The position numbers and the translations under genes were made by a program. Below are positions 53,402 through 64,000 of a stretch of DNA of 64,000 nt, in pieces. The DNA is from Octopus vulgaris (taxonomy: Eukaryota), in NCBI GenBank assembly GCA_951406725.2, contig OX597816.1:26846001-26910000 (forward strand), in the 5' to 3' direction. The notes under the pieces were generated by a model. It was not told the origin of the DNA. It searched no databases and was given only the letters and a program-made list of their open reading frames with translations. The first letter of the stretch is position 1; each line of letters begins with the position of its first letter.

Positions 53402-54192
53402 ACAAAATAATATATAAAACATATGCATATATACATACATATATACACGCATATATGGGTACAGGACACAAAAAAAACGTCAAACACAATGAGAAATGAA
53501 AACATAAAAACAGAACCACGGAAACGGACATTTTTTTAAACAATGAAAAAACAGGGTACAAGACATACAACACAAGGAAAATTCCCCTTCTTCAGCTGCC
53601 TCCGCTTCGTCTACTCCGTGTTTCGAAGGTAAAGGCGAGACACAACTTCGGTGAAACAGTACTTCCCACAAAGCAAATTAAATAAAATTTGGGATTTTTT
53701 GCAGAGGGGTAAAAGTGGTAACAAGAACAGGACAGTAAAAACAATACAAATAAAAACAGTAAAATACAGGACAAGGAGGGCTGTGAAGCCGAGACGATGG
53801 AAAAATTATTTTGAACGCATTGAGAAGATGGCTTATGAGAAGAACAGGATAAGCCGTGTTGACTTGTTGAAAGTAGCAGTCGGAAAATATATCTACGTAC
53901 ATACACATATATATATATATAAAGGGGTAAAAACCCCCTTCGGTCATGAATGACCATGGGATTGCACCTAGAAAGTTACCCTCCTAGACACAAGTCCGGG
54001 CAAGGTTGTTTATGGAAGACCAGCAGTCGCCCATGCATACCAGCCTCCCCTCTCCACGCCACCAGTGTTATCCAAGGGAAAGACAAAGGCCGATACAGCT
54101 TGGCACCAGTGACGTCGCAACTCATTTCTACAGCTGAGTGAACTGGAGCAACGTGAAATAAAGTGCCTTGCTCAAGAACACAACACGCAGCC

Positions 54193-54228
<36 letters not shown>

Positions 54229-54668
54229 CATGAAAAATGTACATTAAATGATGATAGATATACAGGCATGGCTGTGTAGTAGGAAGATTGCTTCCTAATC
54301 ACATGGTTTCGAGTTCAGTCCCACTGTGTGACACCTTGGGCAAATGTCTTCTACAACGACCTTGGGACAACCAAAGCCTTGTGAGTAGATTTGGTAAATG
54401 GAAACTGAAAGAAAGATGCTTGTTGTGTGTGTGTGTGTGTTTGTCACCCACTATTGCTTAATAACTAGTGTTGGTGTGCTTACATTCCTGTAACTTAACA
54501 ATTTGGTAAAAGAGGCCGATAGAATAAGTACTGGAGTCAATTCTTTCAACTAAACTAAAAAAGAATTCGTCAATGGCCACAGTTTAATGACTGAAACAAG
54601 TAAAAGATAAAAAATAAAAGACAGACAGACACACACACACACACACATACATACATATATATATACAT

Positions 54669-54714
<46 letters not shown>

Positions 54715-57402
54715 GTTGCTCCATAACTGGATATTTAATTGCTTGAACAATTGTTTCATGAAATACAGCAGAATTTATATTTAATTCCACTGCATTGGAA
54801 ATTTGATTTGTCATAAGATGGCATCATAATGTATTTACAGAATATTATTTCAATATATTAATTTCACTCTAAATATGAAGACATAATACAAACTTTTTTC
54901 TGATGGACTTGTATCACTTATTGGGTGTTCAGACTGTTTTTTCTTCCATTTAGCAATCTTTCTATGGTGAGATTCTAAACACTTCAAAAGATGCCACAAC
55001 ACATTCTGAAACAGTAAAATATAATATTATCATCGATATTTTAACATATATTTTTTTCATACTGACATAGGTTGAATGGGTCTGTCATACTTGTCTCAAT
55101 ATTTTGTACTCTCTTTTACTATGTCTGGTAAAATGCTTAAGCAGCATTTCATCCATCTTTACGTTCTGATTTCAAATGCCACCAAGGTCAACTTTTCTTT
55201 CACGCTTTCATGGTTGATGGAATAAGTACTAGTTGAGTAGTGGAGATGATGTAATCGACTTAGCCTCTTCCCCAATTGCTGGCCTTGTGCCAAAATTTGG
55301 AACCAATATTTTGTTGTCTCAGATCTTCAGTTGTATAAATCACCCTCCACAGAATGAACATCATACTTTTTCACCTAAATTTCATCATCTATTTTCATCA
55401 CATGTCCATATCAGCACAGATTCGCCTTGCATAAAGCAACCAGTACCTTTAATATCCGGCCAGTTAAAATTACATATCCAATTGATCATGCTCACCTCAT
55501 TTCTCTCAAACTTTTGCAGATCTTTCATGTTAAATTCTCATGTTTCATTATTGTGCATCATTGCAACTCACCTCCATATAAGAACATATAAGAGTTGTCT
55601 TAAATGTTCATTTCATAGTTCTTACTACTAACGACTGTTAACTTGTGATTTCTATCAGCCTACCAGATACCTCAGTGCATCATTGTTTGACACCCTTCTT
55701 ACAAATTGAGCAAAATCACTTTTTAGGAAAAGTGATATAAATCTAATTATTTTCTACTCTCCCAAAAACTAAGTCAGCGAAAGAATACTTATTTTCTGTA
55801 CATCAGCTATTATAACTATTTGCAGTGTATACAAACTAGAAAAGATTAGTTGCTAATTAGTATTTACAGCCTAAACAAATTAGGACTGTTCTACCTATGA
55901 AAAGATAAAAACTGAGGAGCAATCAATTTATTTTCCATAATGTTTTATTATTAAAAGGTATACCTTACATGATACATAACTTTCAAATTATTCAAAAACT
56001 GTGTGTAATGCACTATGAATTAATTCTCTTTGTCAATATATGCACTATTATGTAAATTAGACTGACCATTTGAATTTTATCCTAGTCTATAGGAAGGAAT
56101 TACAACCGTGTTTCATGGTCTGCTACCACAACAGCTCCTTTATAGGATCCAGTTAGCTCAAGACATCATCAAGAGGAACCATGTCCGGTTTTGGCCCCTA
56201 CTCCTCTACCATTTTGACGTGGCGGGGCCCCACCTTTCGGAGGTGTCTTCATCTCTGGTGTTGGGTGCACATCTTCTTTCTTCTGTTCCCTGGCCTCTTC
56301 GATGTATCATCAGCGAGTGTCAGCCGGTGACTGAGTGACTTGTCAAATTTTTCCCTTTAAATACCTGCCGCTAGGCTCCAGCAGGCAGTCCCAGCAAGTT
56401 GTCACGTGACACTGTCTCACCTTAACTGCCTAGTGAAGGCGCGTAGTTTTAGCCCGCGCATTCTCTAAACGACTGTCACCTGTCAGTCAGCGAAGCTGAT
56501 TCAGTGTCAGCTTGTCTCACCTAATGATGTTATTTCCCGCTGGCATGTTATGACTTTCAAGCCATATAAGTGGTTATCTATATATATAAAAGTGAGGTTG
56601 TGTGCTGTCTGTCTCCTACGATTTAGATTCCTAACTACTCCCACATTTTGCGGTGCAGTTTAACCAAAACCGGGTATCTTATAGTCGTGATTCATATCGA
56701 GCCCTTCTGGGTATTAGCGCGCGTCTACGATGAGTCTACGATTTAAAAAAAAATTTACCATCAATTTTTCCCATTTTTAATGCATTTTTGGCATATATAA
56801 GGAAAGTAACTCTCTAAAAATTAATTATTAAATCTCAGAACGTAAAAAGCTACATTAACACCCCCCCCCCCCTTTGTGGTTAGCCATATTGAGATGGCTA
56901 TTATACTTTACATTTCTAAAAATGCTTATATAGTTATTTCCCTTACAAACCTGAGCAACGCCGGGCGATACTGCTAGTAAGCTATAAATCTCTTTTAGCA
57001 GATGTGTACTCTTTTGCTGATGAAGCTCTAAGATGTGTAAGAACTAACCAGACTGATTCTACTTTTTCTACTGACACAAGATATGAAACTCATGCAGAAG
57101 AGCTAAAATTGTATGTTTATTAACATGACATTTCATTTCAAATTACCTCAAAATGCTGTGTAGTGCATTATGAATTAATGATATATCTATTTTCATTTTA
57201 GTTCACCAAAATTTTTTTCATATGTATTTACTGTTTTCAATTATAGATGATGTAAAAAAAAAATTTAGTTACCACTAAAAGCTGGTCATTTTCTGTGGTC
57301 ATAAGTTGTTGAACAATTCCATGGCAGTGTTGAACTATATTTAGAGTTGTATCTTTGTTAAAATCTGGAGATATCTGAATATTGCTGAATACATTTTCCA
57401 AA
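34499..57402 (-). CDS. VPS4: VPS4-like AAA+ ATPase (meiotic clade), divergent paralog; about 405 aa visible, start not resolved
   Basis: Nine in-frame exons: 57402-57273, 55005-54894, 51352-51200, 49563-49410, 45969-45921, 42310-42084, 39034-38844, 35397-35321, 34624-34499. Walker A GPPGTGKS, pore loop SSWVGESEK, Walker [26 protein letters not shown], beta-domain-like YLPCES and Vps4_C-like end [12 protein letters not shown]. Confidence 0.9.
35321..35397 (-). CDS. VPS4: VPS4-like exon, beta domain ([26 protein letters not shown])
   Basis: gcag/gtaag, phase 1 to 0; aligns by eye to LTPCSPGDPGAIEM. Confidence 0.88.
35729..37975 (+). mobile_element. Non-autonomous Helitron carrying nested repeats (RTE tail 36441-36675, 195-bp duplication, SINE A piece)
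   Basis: Start tatatataaaactaaaaatgtgt as at 50133; end gagcaacgccgg...CTAG|T. Confidence 0.55.
38355..38750 (-). mobile_element. tRNA-SINE family A
   Basis: Matches family consensus. Confidence 0.9.
38844..39034 (-). CDS. VPS4: VPS4-like exon, small AAA domain ([10 protein letters not shown]...YSGSDIANL...[14 protein letters not shown])
   Basis: ccag/gtatg; ORF 38800..38988. Confidence 0.92.
39600..40642. mobile_element. Helentron/HINE-like non-autonomous element, interrupted
   Basis: Subterminal inverted acctctgcc / ggtggaggt, terminal hairpin, duplicated aaataatccagaa(c/t)ccttgtc around an insert. Confidence 0.45.
41200..41850 (-). mobile_element. Decayed hAT (GTF2IRD2/SPIN-like) transposase remnant
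   Basis: [12 protein letters not shown]...[22 protein letters not shown]. Confidence 0.55.
42084..42310 (-). CDS. VPS4: VPS4-like exon, Walker B and SRH
   Basis: [11 protein letters not shown]...[26 protein letters not shown]; tttag/gtaaa. Confidence 0.95.
43143..44520. repeat. Diverged direct repeat pair (43143-43760 and 44163-44520); first copy split by SINE D
   Basis: Shared caccattg..catagagtgc..ggtagcttgtt..catgtggtctagctggctg..gactaggaga..gtctgaagtcattt. Confidence 0.75.
43385..43601 (-). mobile_element. tRNA-SINE family D
   Basis: Matches 15277-15508; TSD cattgtgtct. Confidence 0.85.
45921..45969 (-). CDS. VPS4: VPS4-like exon ([16 protein letters not shown])
   Basis: cctag/gtaag, 49 bp, phase 2 to 0. 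Confidence 0.88.
47637..48055 (+). mobile_element. tRNA-SINE family A
   Basis: Head aggcgcaggagtggctgtgtgg; tail gactgaaacaagtaaagag. Confidence 0.9.
48648..49028 (+). mobile_element. tRNA-SINE family B
   Basis: 11-bp TSD cactttctcgt. Confidence 0.92.
49410..49563 (-). CDS. VPS4: VPS4-like exon, Walker A and pore loop 1
   Basis: [23 protein letters not shown]...[15 protein letters not shown]; ttcag/gtaat. Confidence 0.95.
50133..51060 (+). mobile_element. Helitron-like 5' fragment with internal duplication
   Basis: A|TCTATATATATAAAACTGAG start; repeat 50465-50550 / 50883-50995; no 3' end found. Confidence 0.5.
51200..51352 (-). CDS. VPS4: VPS4-like exon (..[32 protein letters not shown])
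   Basis: atag/gtaaa; typical VPS4 pre-Walker A segment. Confidence 0.93.
51700..52030 (-). mobile_element. Older RTE 3' tail copy
   Basis: ctacagctggatacccttcctaatgccaa motif, (CAT)n. Confidence 0.75.
52120..52530 (-). mobile_element. tRNA-SINE family A
   Basis: Matches family consensus. Confidence 0.9.
52975..53925. repeat. (TA)/(TACA) microsatellite complex with a duplicated element end and a probable Penelope-derived terminus
   Basis: Duplicated atataataacaaaataata..atatgggtacaggacac; low complexity explains the IY/YI ORFs. Confidence 0.65.
53930..54193 (-). mobile_element. SINE family E fragment (CORE/Meta-like domain)
   Basis: ttgagcaaggcactttatttcacgttgctccagttcactcagctg core. Confidence 0.6.
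54263..54610 (+). mobile_element. Older SINE A copy
   Basis: Diverged head and gactgaaacaagtaaaaga tail. Confidence 0.8.
54894..55005 (-). CDS. VPS4: VPS4-like exon, N-terminal helix and linker ([37 protein letters not shown])
   Basis: tttcag/gtttg, phase 0 to 1 fits both neighbours. Confidence 0.72.
56577..56977 (+). mobile_element. Non-autonomous Helitron (~400 bp)
   Basis: A|TC...hairpin...CTAG|T; nearly identical to 27070-27467. Confidence 0.85.
57273..57402 (-). CDS. VPS4: VPS4-like exon, N-terminal domain ([43 protein letters not shown])
   Basis: ttttag/gtaac, open 130 bp, phase-0 end fits the next exon. Confidence 0.68.
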
Positions 57403-59353
57403 CTAAAATTGAAATATATAACTTTTTTATTGAATGTGTGTTGGACGAAAAAATGCTTTATATATTACAAAATCAAAAGTATGTGAGAAAGAGAGAATAG
57501 GTAAAAATTGAAGGCAACTGGAAAGTGAACACAATCTTATCTTTAACTTAACCTAAGTAAATTACTTTATGAGAGATATTGAATACATTACTAATATAAA
57601 GAATTTCAAAGGGGAGCCTTCTCACACAAAGAATTATTGGGAATATTTTAGAAGAAAGCAGGGAAAACCCATAATTAGTCTAATGTGTTAATTCTTCAGT
57701 TCAACAGAAATAACACCTAATTCCTTCAATCACTGACAGTGGGCCTTAATGGCCCTTATTTCAATGGTAATGTAATTATCCATAAAAAATTATGTTAAAT
57801 TATTTCATTTAACATATTCATATGTAAACTGAATTACAAGTCTAAATATAAAACAGGTTCTATTAGCTATTACAAAAAATATTAACAACAATTTGTCATA
57901 GTAATCTTGAAATTAAATTAATACAACTTACCAAGAAACAGATTCTGTGGTGGTTTTGAAGAGCAATGAAAGGAAAAAAATATTAAAAAATCATAAAATG
58001 AACATCAGGGCAAAATGATATCTTTCAACAAACCACAAAGGCAATTATTTTCAAGGATAAACATAATTAACCTTTTAAACACCAACGCACCTGAAACTAC
58101 TTCTATTAGTGTTCAACTTTTAAACTCAAATTTTGGACTATAATAGATAATAGATTTCAATAGTTACATAAAAAGTTAGTTATTCCACTAAATCTTTTAT
58201 ATAATTCTTAGATGTAATTTTGTTGCTCATTGCAGAACGGATTTTTATTTAACAACATATTTTTACAGGAAAAGAAAGGAAAAATTGAAAGTATAAAAGA
58301 TTAAATTATCGAATTATCAACAAAAAAAAAACCCCCAGAATTACTTTAACAAGGAAACAAAGAAAAAGAGAAAAATGGGAGGGGGCAATTAAGCAGCAAC
58401 AAATGTGGAGAGAGAAACAGGTTGTACACCCCAGTCTAAATGGTGTGTTCAGCCATGTCCCGTGGACATAACTGCAAAGGCATTGCTGTGGAGAATAACC
58501 AGTGACACTTGTTGCAACAGCCACCGCACCCCACTGGGCTCATTTCTTATATAGGCTGTTGTTATCCTGATTTTGTGGAAGAAATCAGTCTAAGAACATC
58601 TGAGGTCTCAATGGTGACTAACGCAAACAGATGGTGGCCATTTAGGCTATGGTATTTGCTTTTTTTTATTACAGGAAACAATACCCAGGTTTGCTGCTAA
58701 TGCAACAAGGCCAAACATAGAATATGCTGTAGCATGTCATGTCTCAGATTAATGATTTACTTCCCTCATATGGGAAGAAGGTTAGTCCATCACTGTGCTT
58801 ACCATCCCCGCAGTCAAGACCTACTGGCTCCAGTTGTGATGGAAAACCAACCATGTTAAGGCCCCTTCTTATGAGCAGCATGTCAGAGGATCTGGCCCTT
58901 GCTTTGGCTACAGAATAATGGATGCAGGCTGAATTCATTGACTACAGCCCCACAATAGCATTTGTATGGCTCTTACACTTGGATACTAAGGTGCTGGGTT
59001 ACTCCAATTCGAGTGCACTCATCGTTACGAAGGGTATCAATCTTGGTTATTTAGATGATTAATACACAAAGGAATAATATTTGTGTGAAAAATATGGTCA
59101 CAAAAGGTTTAAATGGATCCAATAATACATACTTTATTGACTGCAGGGCCAATGGCAGCTTAAGATACTGCTACAAAAATTAAAATTTTTATTATGGGTC
59201 ACATTAAGTTGATCAGTTAACTACCGTCATGCTTGTTTAATCAGAGCTGACCTGAGGATACACAAGAACAAAACTAAATACTTGACTCTCATACTAATCT
59301 AATTGTTATTTCTAACTTTCATATTCATATAGAATGTATATAGAAAATTATGT

Positions 59354-59735
59354 GGAGGCGCAATGGCCCAGTGGTTAGGGCAGCGGACTCGCGGTCCCAG
59401 GATCGCGGTTTCGATTCCCAGACCGGGCGTTGTGAGTGTTTATTGAACGAAAACACCTAAAGCTCCACGAGGCTCCGGCAGGGATGGTGGTGATCCCTGC
59501 TGTACTCTTTCACCACAACTTTCTCTCATTCTTACTTCCTGTTTCTGTTGTACCTGTATTTCAAAGGGCCGGCCTTGTCACGCTCTGTGTCATGCTGAAT
59601 ATCCCCGAGAACTACGTTAAGGGTACACGTGTCTGTGGAGTGCTCAGCCACTTACACGTTAATTTCATGAGCAGGCTGTTCCATTGATCGGATCAACCGG
59701 AACCCTCATCATTGTAACCGACGGAGTGCTTCCAC
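59354..59735 (+). mobile_element. tRNA-SINE family B
   Basis: TSD atatagaa(a/g)atta. Confidence 0.9.
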
Positions 59736-59754
59736 ATATAGAAGATTAAATTAA

Positions 59755-60290
59755 TATTTATTTCCACATCTTCAATGCATCAGTCCTCTCAATTCTCCTC
59801 TATGGAGTAGAAACATGCCTCCACCTCTAGAAGACCCTGGCAATGAAGATCAATGGTTTTTTAACAGAGCTCTGCAGACCATCGCAAACATCAGATGGTA
59901 CCATCACGTTTCCAACAAGGAACTGCATGTGTGTACACATCAGCTCACAGCCTTCCACCTCTTAGCTATCCATCACATGTGCTAGTACAGACATGTCCTC
60001 CATCCCCTATTAGATCATTCTACTAGGGTTTTATTCTTATTCAATGCAGCAGCTGTAGGCTGAAAAAAATTCATGATAGGCCCCACATCAGATGGCTGGA
60101 CATGATTGGGGAAGATCTCCAGAGGTTTGACATCACCTTGGAGGATGCAGAGAGGCTGACATGGGACTGCCAGCAATGGAGAGCACTTGTAGACCTGGTC
60201 AGATCTGCACGACATCTCTGGGACTACTAAACTGGGATGACCCCAACCCCATCAAGCAACAGCATGGAGCAAAGCAAAAGTGAAAACAGT
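59755..60290 (+). mobile_element. Decayed RTE-like C-terminal fragment
   Basis: FNASVLSILLYGVET, LQTIANIRWYHHVSNKEL. Confidence 0.65.
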
Positions 60291-60639
60291 ATATGATTGA
60301 TACTTATTTTAACAGCCCAGTAGAATGCATGGCAATGGCAGACACAATAGACATTGAACTTGGCCTGATATGCAGAAAACAGCTAAGTATCATATATTCC
60401 ATATGCTGTACCCAATATAGGCTATGGACATATGAGAAGTGTAGCAGAATCATAAGCAGACTAACAGAGAAAATAAGGTTTCTATGTAATAGATACATTG
60501 GAGCAGTATTTACTAGGAGCATATTGGGAACAGATGCTCTTAAATGCCTGGATTGCGTGCTAGAAGTAATTAATAACTTCTGTAATTTAATTGTTACCTA
60601 ATTTTCAGGGGAGGTGGTCACCCTGAAAATATAGTTAGG

Positions 60640-60950
60640 GTAAGGACAGGTTGGAAAACATTCAGGGAGCTATGTATAAGAGGAATCAGATGTAGTGTGC
60701 AAAAAAAGAAAACTGTGTTGGTGTGGACTTGTGATGTTTATAGTTGAGGACAGGTGTATGAAAAAGAGCTGACCACTTAATATGGGTGGAGCTTGTGGAA
60801 GAGGGAGACCAAGGAATACATGGAACAAAATGGTGAAGGCTGATCTCAGGAGTGGAGCTGACAAAGGACCAAGATGATTAACAATATGCAGTTCTTGAGA
60901 AAACCCAACCGTCTTTTGAGATTGTGGAAGCACAATGTGGCCCCCTCACC
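60640..60950 (+). mobile_element. Decayed RTE ORF end
   Basis: GRGRPRNTWNKMVKADL. Confidence 0.6.
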
Positions 60951-61179
60951 CAATTTCCTTCTCAAGATATTCCTATATCTCTCTAAATGCAACATTATGT
61001 TGCTGTAATTAACTGTGAGCAGAACTGCATACTTCCCTAGCTTTTCCCTGATTCCAATTATCATTCTACTTGGAACTGTCAGGTTGAGTAAAAAGTAAGC
61101 AATGTTTTGAACCATGAAGAATTTGTACTGGATTTTTAAGGAGTTTTGAATTTCTTTCAAACCATTTTTTGCAATTGTC

Positions 61180-61640
61180 TGATAATAAAGACATAGAATT
61201 GCCCAAATGCATCAATAAATTAACAATGATATTTATTCACCGTTGTTACAATCATTGAAATGGAACTGTCAAAATGCGATAGTCAAGCAATTTTGCTATT
61301 CAACTTCAAAAAAGGATGTAAAGCAGCTGAAACTGCTCGTGATATCAATGAAACGTTTGGTGGGGAAATGGTCTGTCCAAAAATGGTTTAAACTATTTTG
61401 CAGTGGAGACCAGAGCCTTGAAGATCATGAGCATAGTGGATGTCCATCTCTCATCGATGATGGTCAATTAAAGACCGACATTGAGAAAGATCCACATAAA
61501 AACCACTTGAGAACTGGTAAAAGAACTTCAAGTTAACCAGAAAACTGCCCGCAAACATTTGCATGCAATCAGGAAATCAAAAAGCTCGACAAATGGGAAC
61601 CATACAATTTGAATGAAAATCAGAAAATACGCAGATAGAA
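61180..61640 (+). mobile_element. Mariner (SETMAR-like) transposase N-terminal remnant
   Basis: FKKGCKAAETARDINETFG, VQKWFKLFCSGDQSLEDHEHSGCPS. Confidence 0.8.
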
Positions 61641-61939
61641 ATGTTTTTATGTATAACTATACATATATAAACCACATACACATACATATGAGTGAGAAGT
61701 GTACAACATACAGCATGTCCCATACATAAACCAACATTTAAATAGGTTTTATATTAAAATACCTTACAATGGAAAGCATAGTGTGTAAAAATGTACATAA
61801 ATTCGCAGAAAAACAGTCAAAAACAAAAAATAGAATTGGAATCAAGTTTCTTTTTAAATATTATTTATGTGATTATTTTTAATTTTAAAAAGTGTTTTGC
61901 TTCTATTTTATTAAAATTTTGTTCACTCATTTCAATTTT

Positions 61940-62230
61940 CATGTGCCAGTGGCACATAAAAAGCACCATCCGAACGTCGCCGATGCCAGCGCCGCCTTGA
62001 CTAGCTTCCGTGCCGGTGGCACGTTAAAAGCACCGATGCCAGACTCCCCTGGCACGTAAAAAGCACCCACTACACTCGCGGAGTGGTTGGCGTTAGGAAG
62101 GGCGTCAAGCTGTAGAAACACTGCCAGATCAGACTGGAGCCTGGTACAGCCCCTGGCTTCCCAGACCCCGGTCAAACCGTCCAACCCGTGCTAGCGCAGA
62201 AAATGGACGTTAAACGATGATGATGATGAT
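61940..62230 (+). mobile_element. RTE 3' tail copy
   Basis: Matches the RTE 3' UTR. Confidence 0.85.
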
Positions 62231-62786
62231 CTAGACAGAAACTTCATTTTATTAAGGTTTATTTTTACTTTTTCTGATAGTTTTATATAATTAGATTGCA
62301 CTAAGTCTATTTTATGTTTGATAGGTTCCATTGAAGGAAGTAAATATCTCACTTTCAAAGAAGGCCCATCCAAAAAAAAGCTGAAAGAAAATTAGACACT
62401 CCATTAAATGACAAACATAAAATAGTTGATTAATATTGAGAAAGAAGGTCAACAACGGAAAACATAATCAAGCAGAAAAAAAAAACCCGTCAGAGTTCAA
62501 AAGATAAGAGAAAACAAACTCCCAAATAGTACAGATGGGTTACAGTTTATTCTTCTTGGTTGACTCAAAATTTTCTTTCCTTCTAGATGGCTATCTGAAA
62601 TGAAATGACATGTTCAAGGAAGAATGCTTATTATCGACAAAGTGATACAAAAGTGTTTCATTAGTGAAGACGTGTCGGACCAGTCATTGTCTGCATCAAG
62701 AATATCCCTGCATAAAAATATACACGGAGAAATTTTTACAAAAGTAGTTTTGTTTATAAAATAAGTAATTTACCAAAATTAAAATT

Positions 62787-63478
62787 GGATCTTTTCAGTT
62801 TGAACGGCACTTTTTAACATAATTTCTAGGTAACTAAAAAATTTAAAATTTCGTATACTGTCTGCCAGCCTCGTCTGGCACCTGTGTCAGTGGCACATAA
62901 AAAACACCATCCGAGCGTGGCTGTTTGCCAGCCTCGTCTGGCACCTGTGTCGGTGGCACATAAAACCACCCACTACACTCTCGGAGTGGTTGGCGTTAGG
63001 AAGGGCATCCAGCTGTAGAAACACTGCCAGATCTGACTGGCCTGGTGTAGCCTTCGGGCTTGCCAGACCCCAGTTGAACCGTCCAACCCATGCTAGCATG
63101 GAAAGCGGACGTTAAACGATGATGATGATGATGATGATGATGATGGTAGAATGTGTTTATAAAACATCTTTTTCTCATGGCTTTATTGAGATAATTCTAT
63201 ATTTTGTAAGATATTTGTTGTTTTTTTTCTTCAATTTCTGCAATTTCAACCAATCAGTGACGTCTATTGAGGTAAAAAAAAACATTCTGTGCCGTATGAA
63301 TATGTCCCTCGTTTAAGAAACAAAAAAAAGAAACCCTTCCCCCACCCCACCCCACACCCTAACTAACCCTAACCCTAAAGAGATTGAAATGCAATAGATC
63401 GATACTAGGGTCATAATTATGGGTGACAATTTCATATGAGACCGCTAGAAAAAACTGCCGTTCAAACCGAAAAGATCC
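62787..63478. mobile_element. Second copy of the TTAGGG-bearing MITE (inverted), interrupted by an RTE tail (62860-63145)
   Basis: TIR ggatcttttc..tttgaacggca / tgccgttcaaaccgaaaagatcc, TSD ttaaaatt. Confidence 0.85.
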
Positions 63479-63679
63479 TTAAAATTTGCCTGCACATTCT
63501 ACCATATCAGTCAAAACATTTTCCCAAGATCATGAAATACAGACATTGTTTTGACTTGAACATATCATTAAATAAAAGTTGAACTTCATTTGTAAAACTT
63601 AAGAAGAATGGTACAAATTAGGTCTGCTGAAAAAACTTGCTGACAGTGTGATTAAAAAGGTCCAAATATAAAAGATAAT

Positions 63680-63874
63680 GGCGAACCTTCGGTATATGTA
63701 CCAGTGTAAATACCGGAAGTACCAGATACATTTCAAAAATGTATTTTTTTTTATATATGGGGTATTAGGGTTAGGGTCAGGGTTTGTGTTATGGTTAGGG
63801 GTGGGAGAAAAGGGTTTCTGTTATCTTCAGAAATGTGAACAAAGTCACGTGTGTACCTATACCGAAATATCGCC
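63680..63874. mobile_element. Small MITE with GG termini and internal TTAGGG
   Basis: TIR ggcga..ttcggtata.gtac / gtac.tataccgaa..tcgcc; imperfect 8-bp TSD aagata.. Confidence 0.65.
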
Positions 63875-63921
63875 AAGATAATAATGTCAGAACAATTTAT
63901 TAAATTTTAAATATAAGCATA

Positions 63922-63960
63922 AATGGCCACAGCTCGTGAGCTGAAACTAGATAAAATAAA
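63922..63960 (+). mobile_element. Extremely truncated CR1 3' tail
   Basis: atggccacagctcgtgagctgaaactagataaaa, matching 4242-4276. Confidence 0.75.
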
Positions 63961-64000
63961 AAAATAATAAAATAAAATTTTTAAAAAAATATTTGAATAA

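Noticed and set aside
52976-53573. Long Ile/Tyr/Met/Cys-rich ORFs (also 36168-36746 and 10201-10533)
   Set aside because: Translations of TA/CA microsatellites
53581-53660. Minus-strand GAAAC...CUGAAGA, possible type II hammerhead
   Set aside because: No valid cleavage triplet or stem I in this copy; at most a decayed remnant

Overview
AT-rich, microsatellite- and transposon-dense eukaryotic DNA; the SINE/LINE complement points to an octopus (coleoid cephalopod) genome. Splicing GT-AG exons by hand gives two convergent host genes that the ORF track mostly misses. (1) A + strand RNI-like leucine-rich-repeat protein with lysine-rich segments: 10 coding exons, 1281-31172, 5' end probably upstream of the window. 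(2) A - strand divergent VPS4-family AAA+ ATPase: at least 9 coding exons, 57402-34499, start not resolved. The introns are packed with tRNA-derived SINEs, RTE and CR1 LINE pieces, Penelope-like elements, Tc1/mariner, hAT, piggyBac and other MITEs, non-autonomous Helitrons and LTR-like fragments, often nested. The most notable hidden signals are two type-I hammerhead ribozyme folds with intact cores, one in a Penelope-like element with a very long stem II and one in the sense strand of the LRR gene's last coding intron, plus several decayed copies. Also notable: the atypical VPS4 paralog and a SINE sharing its 3' tail with a CR1 LINE. I see no convincing evidence of a wholly new multi-gene system. 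All family assignments come from reading the sequence, not from database searches.
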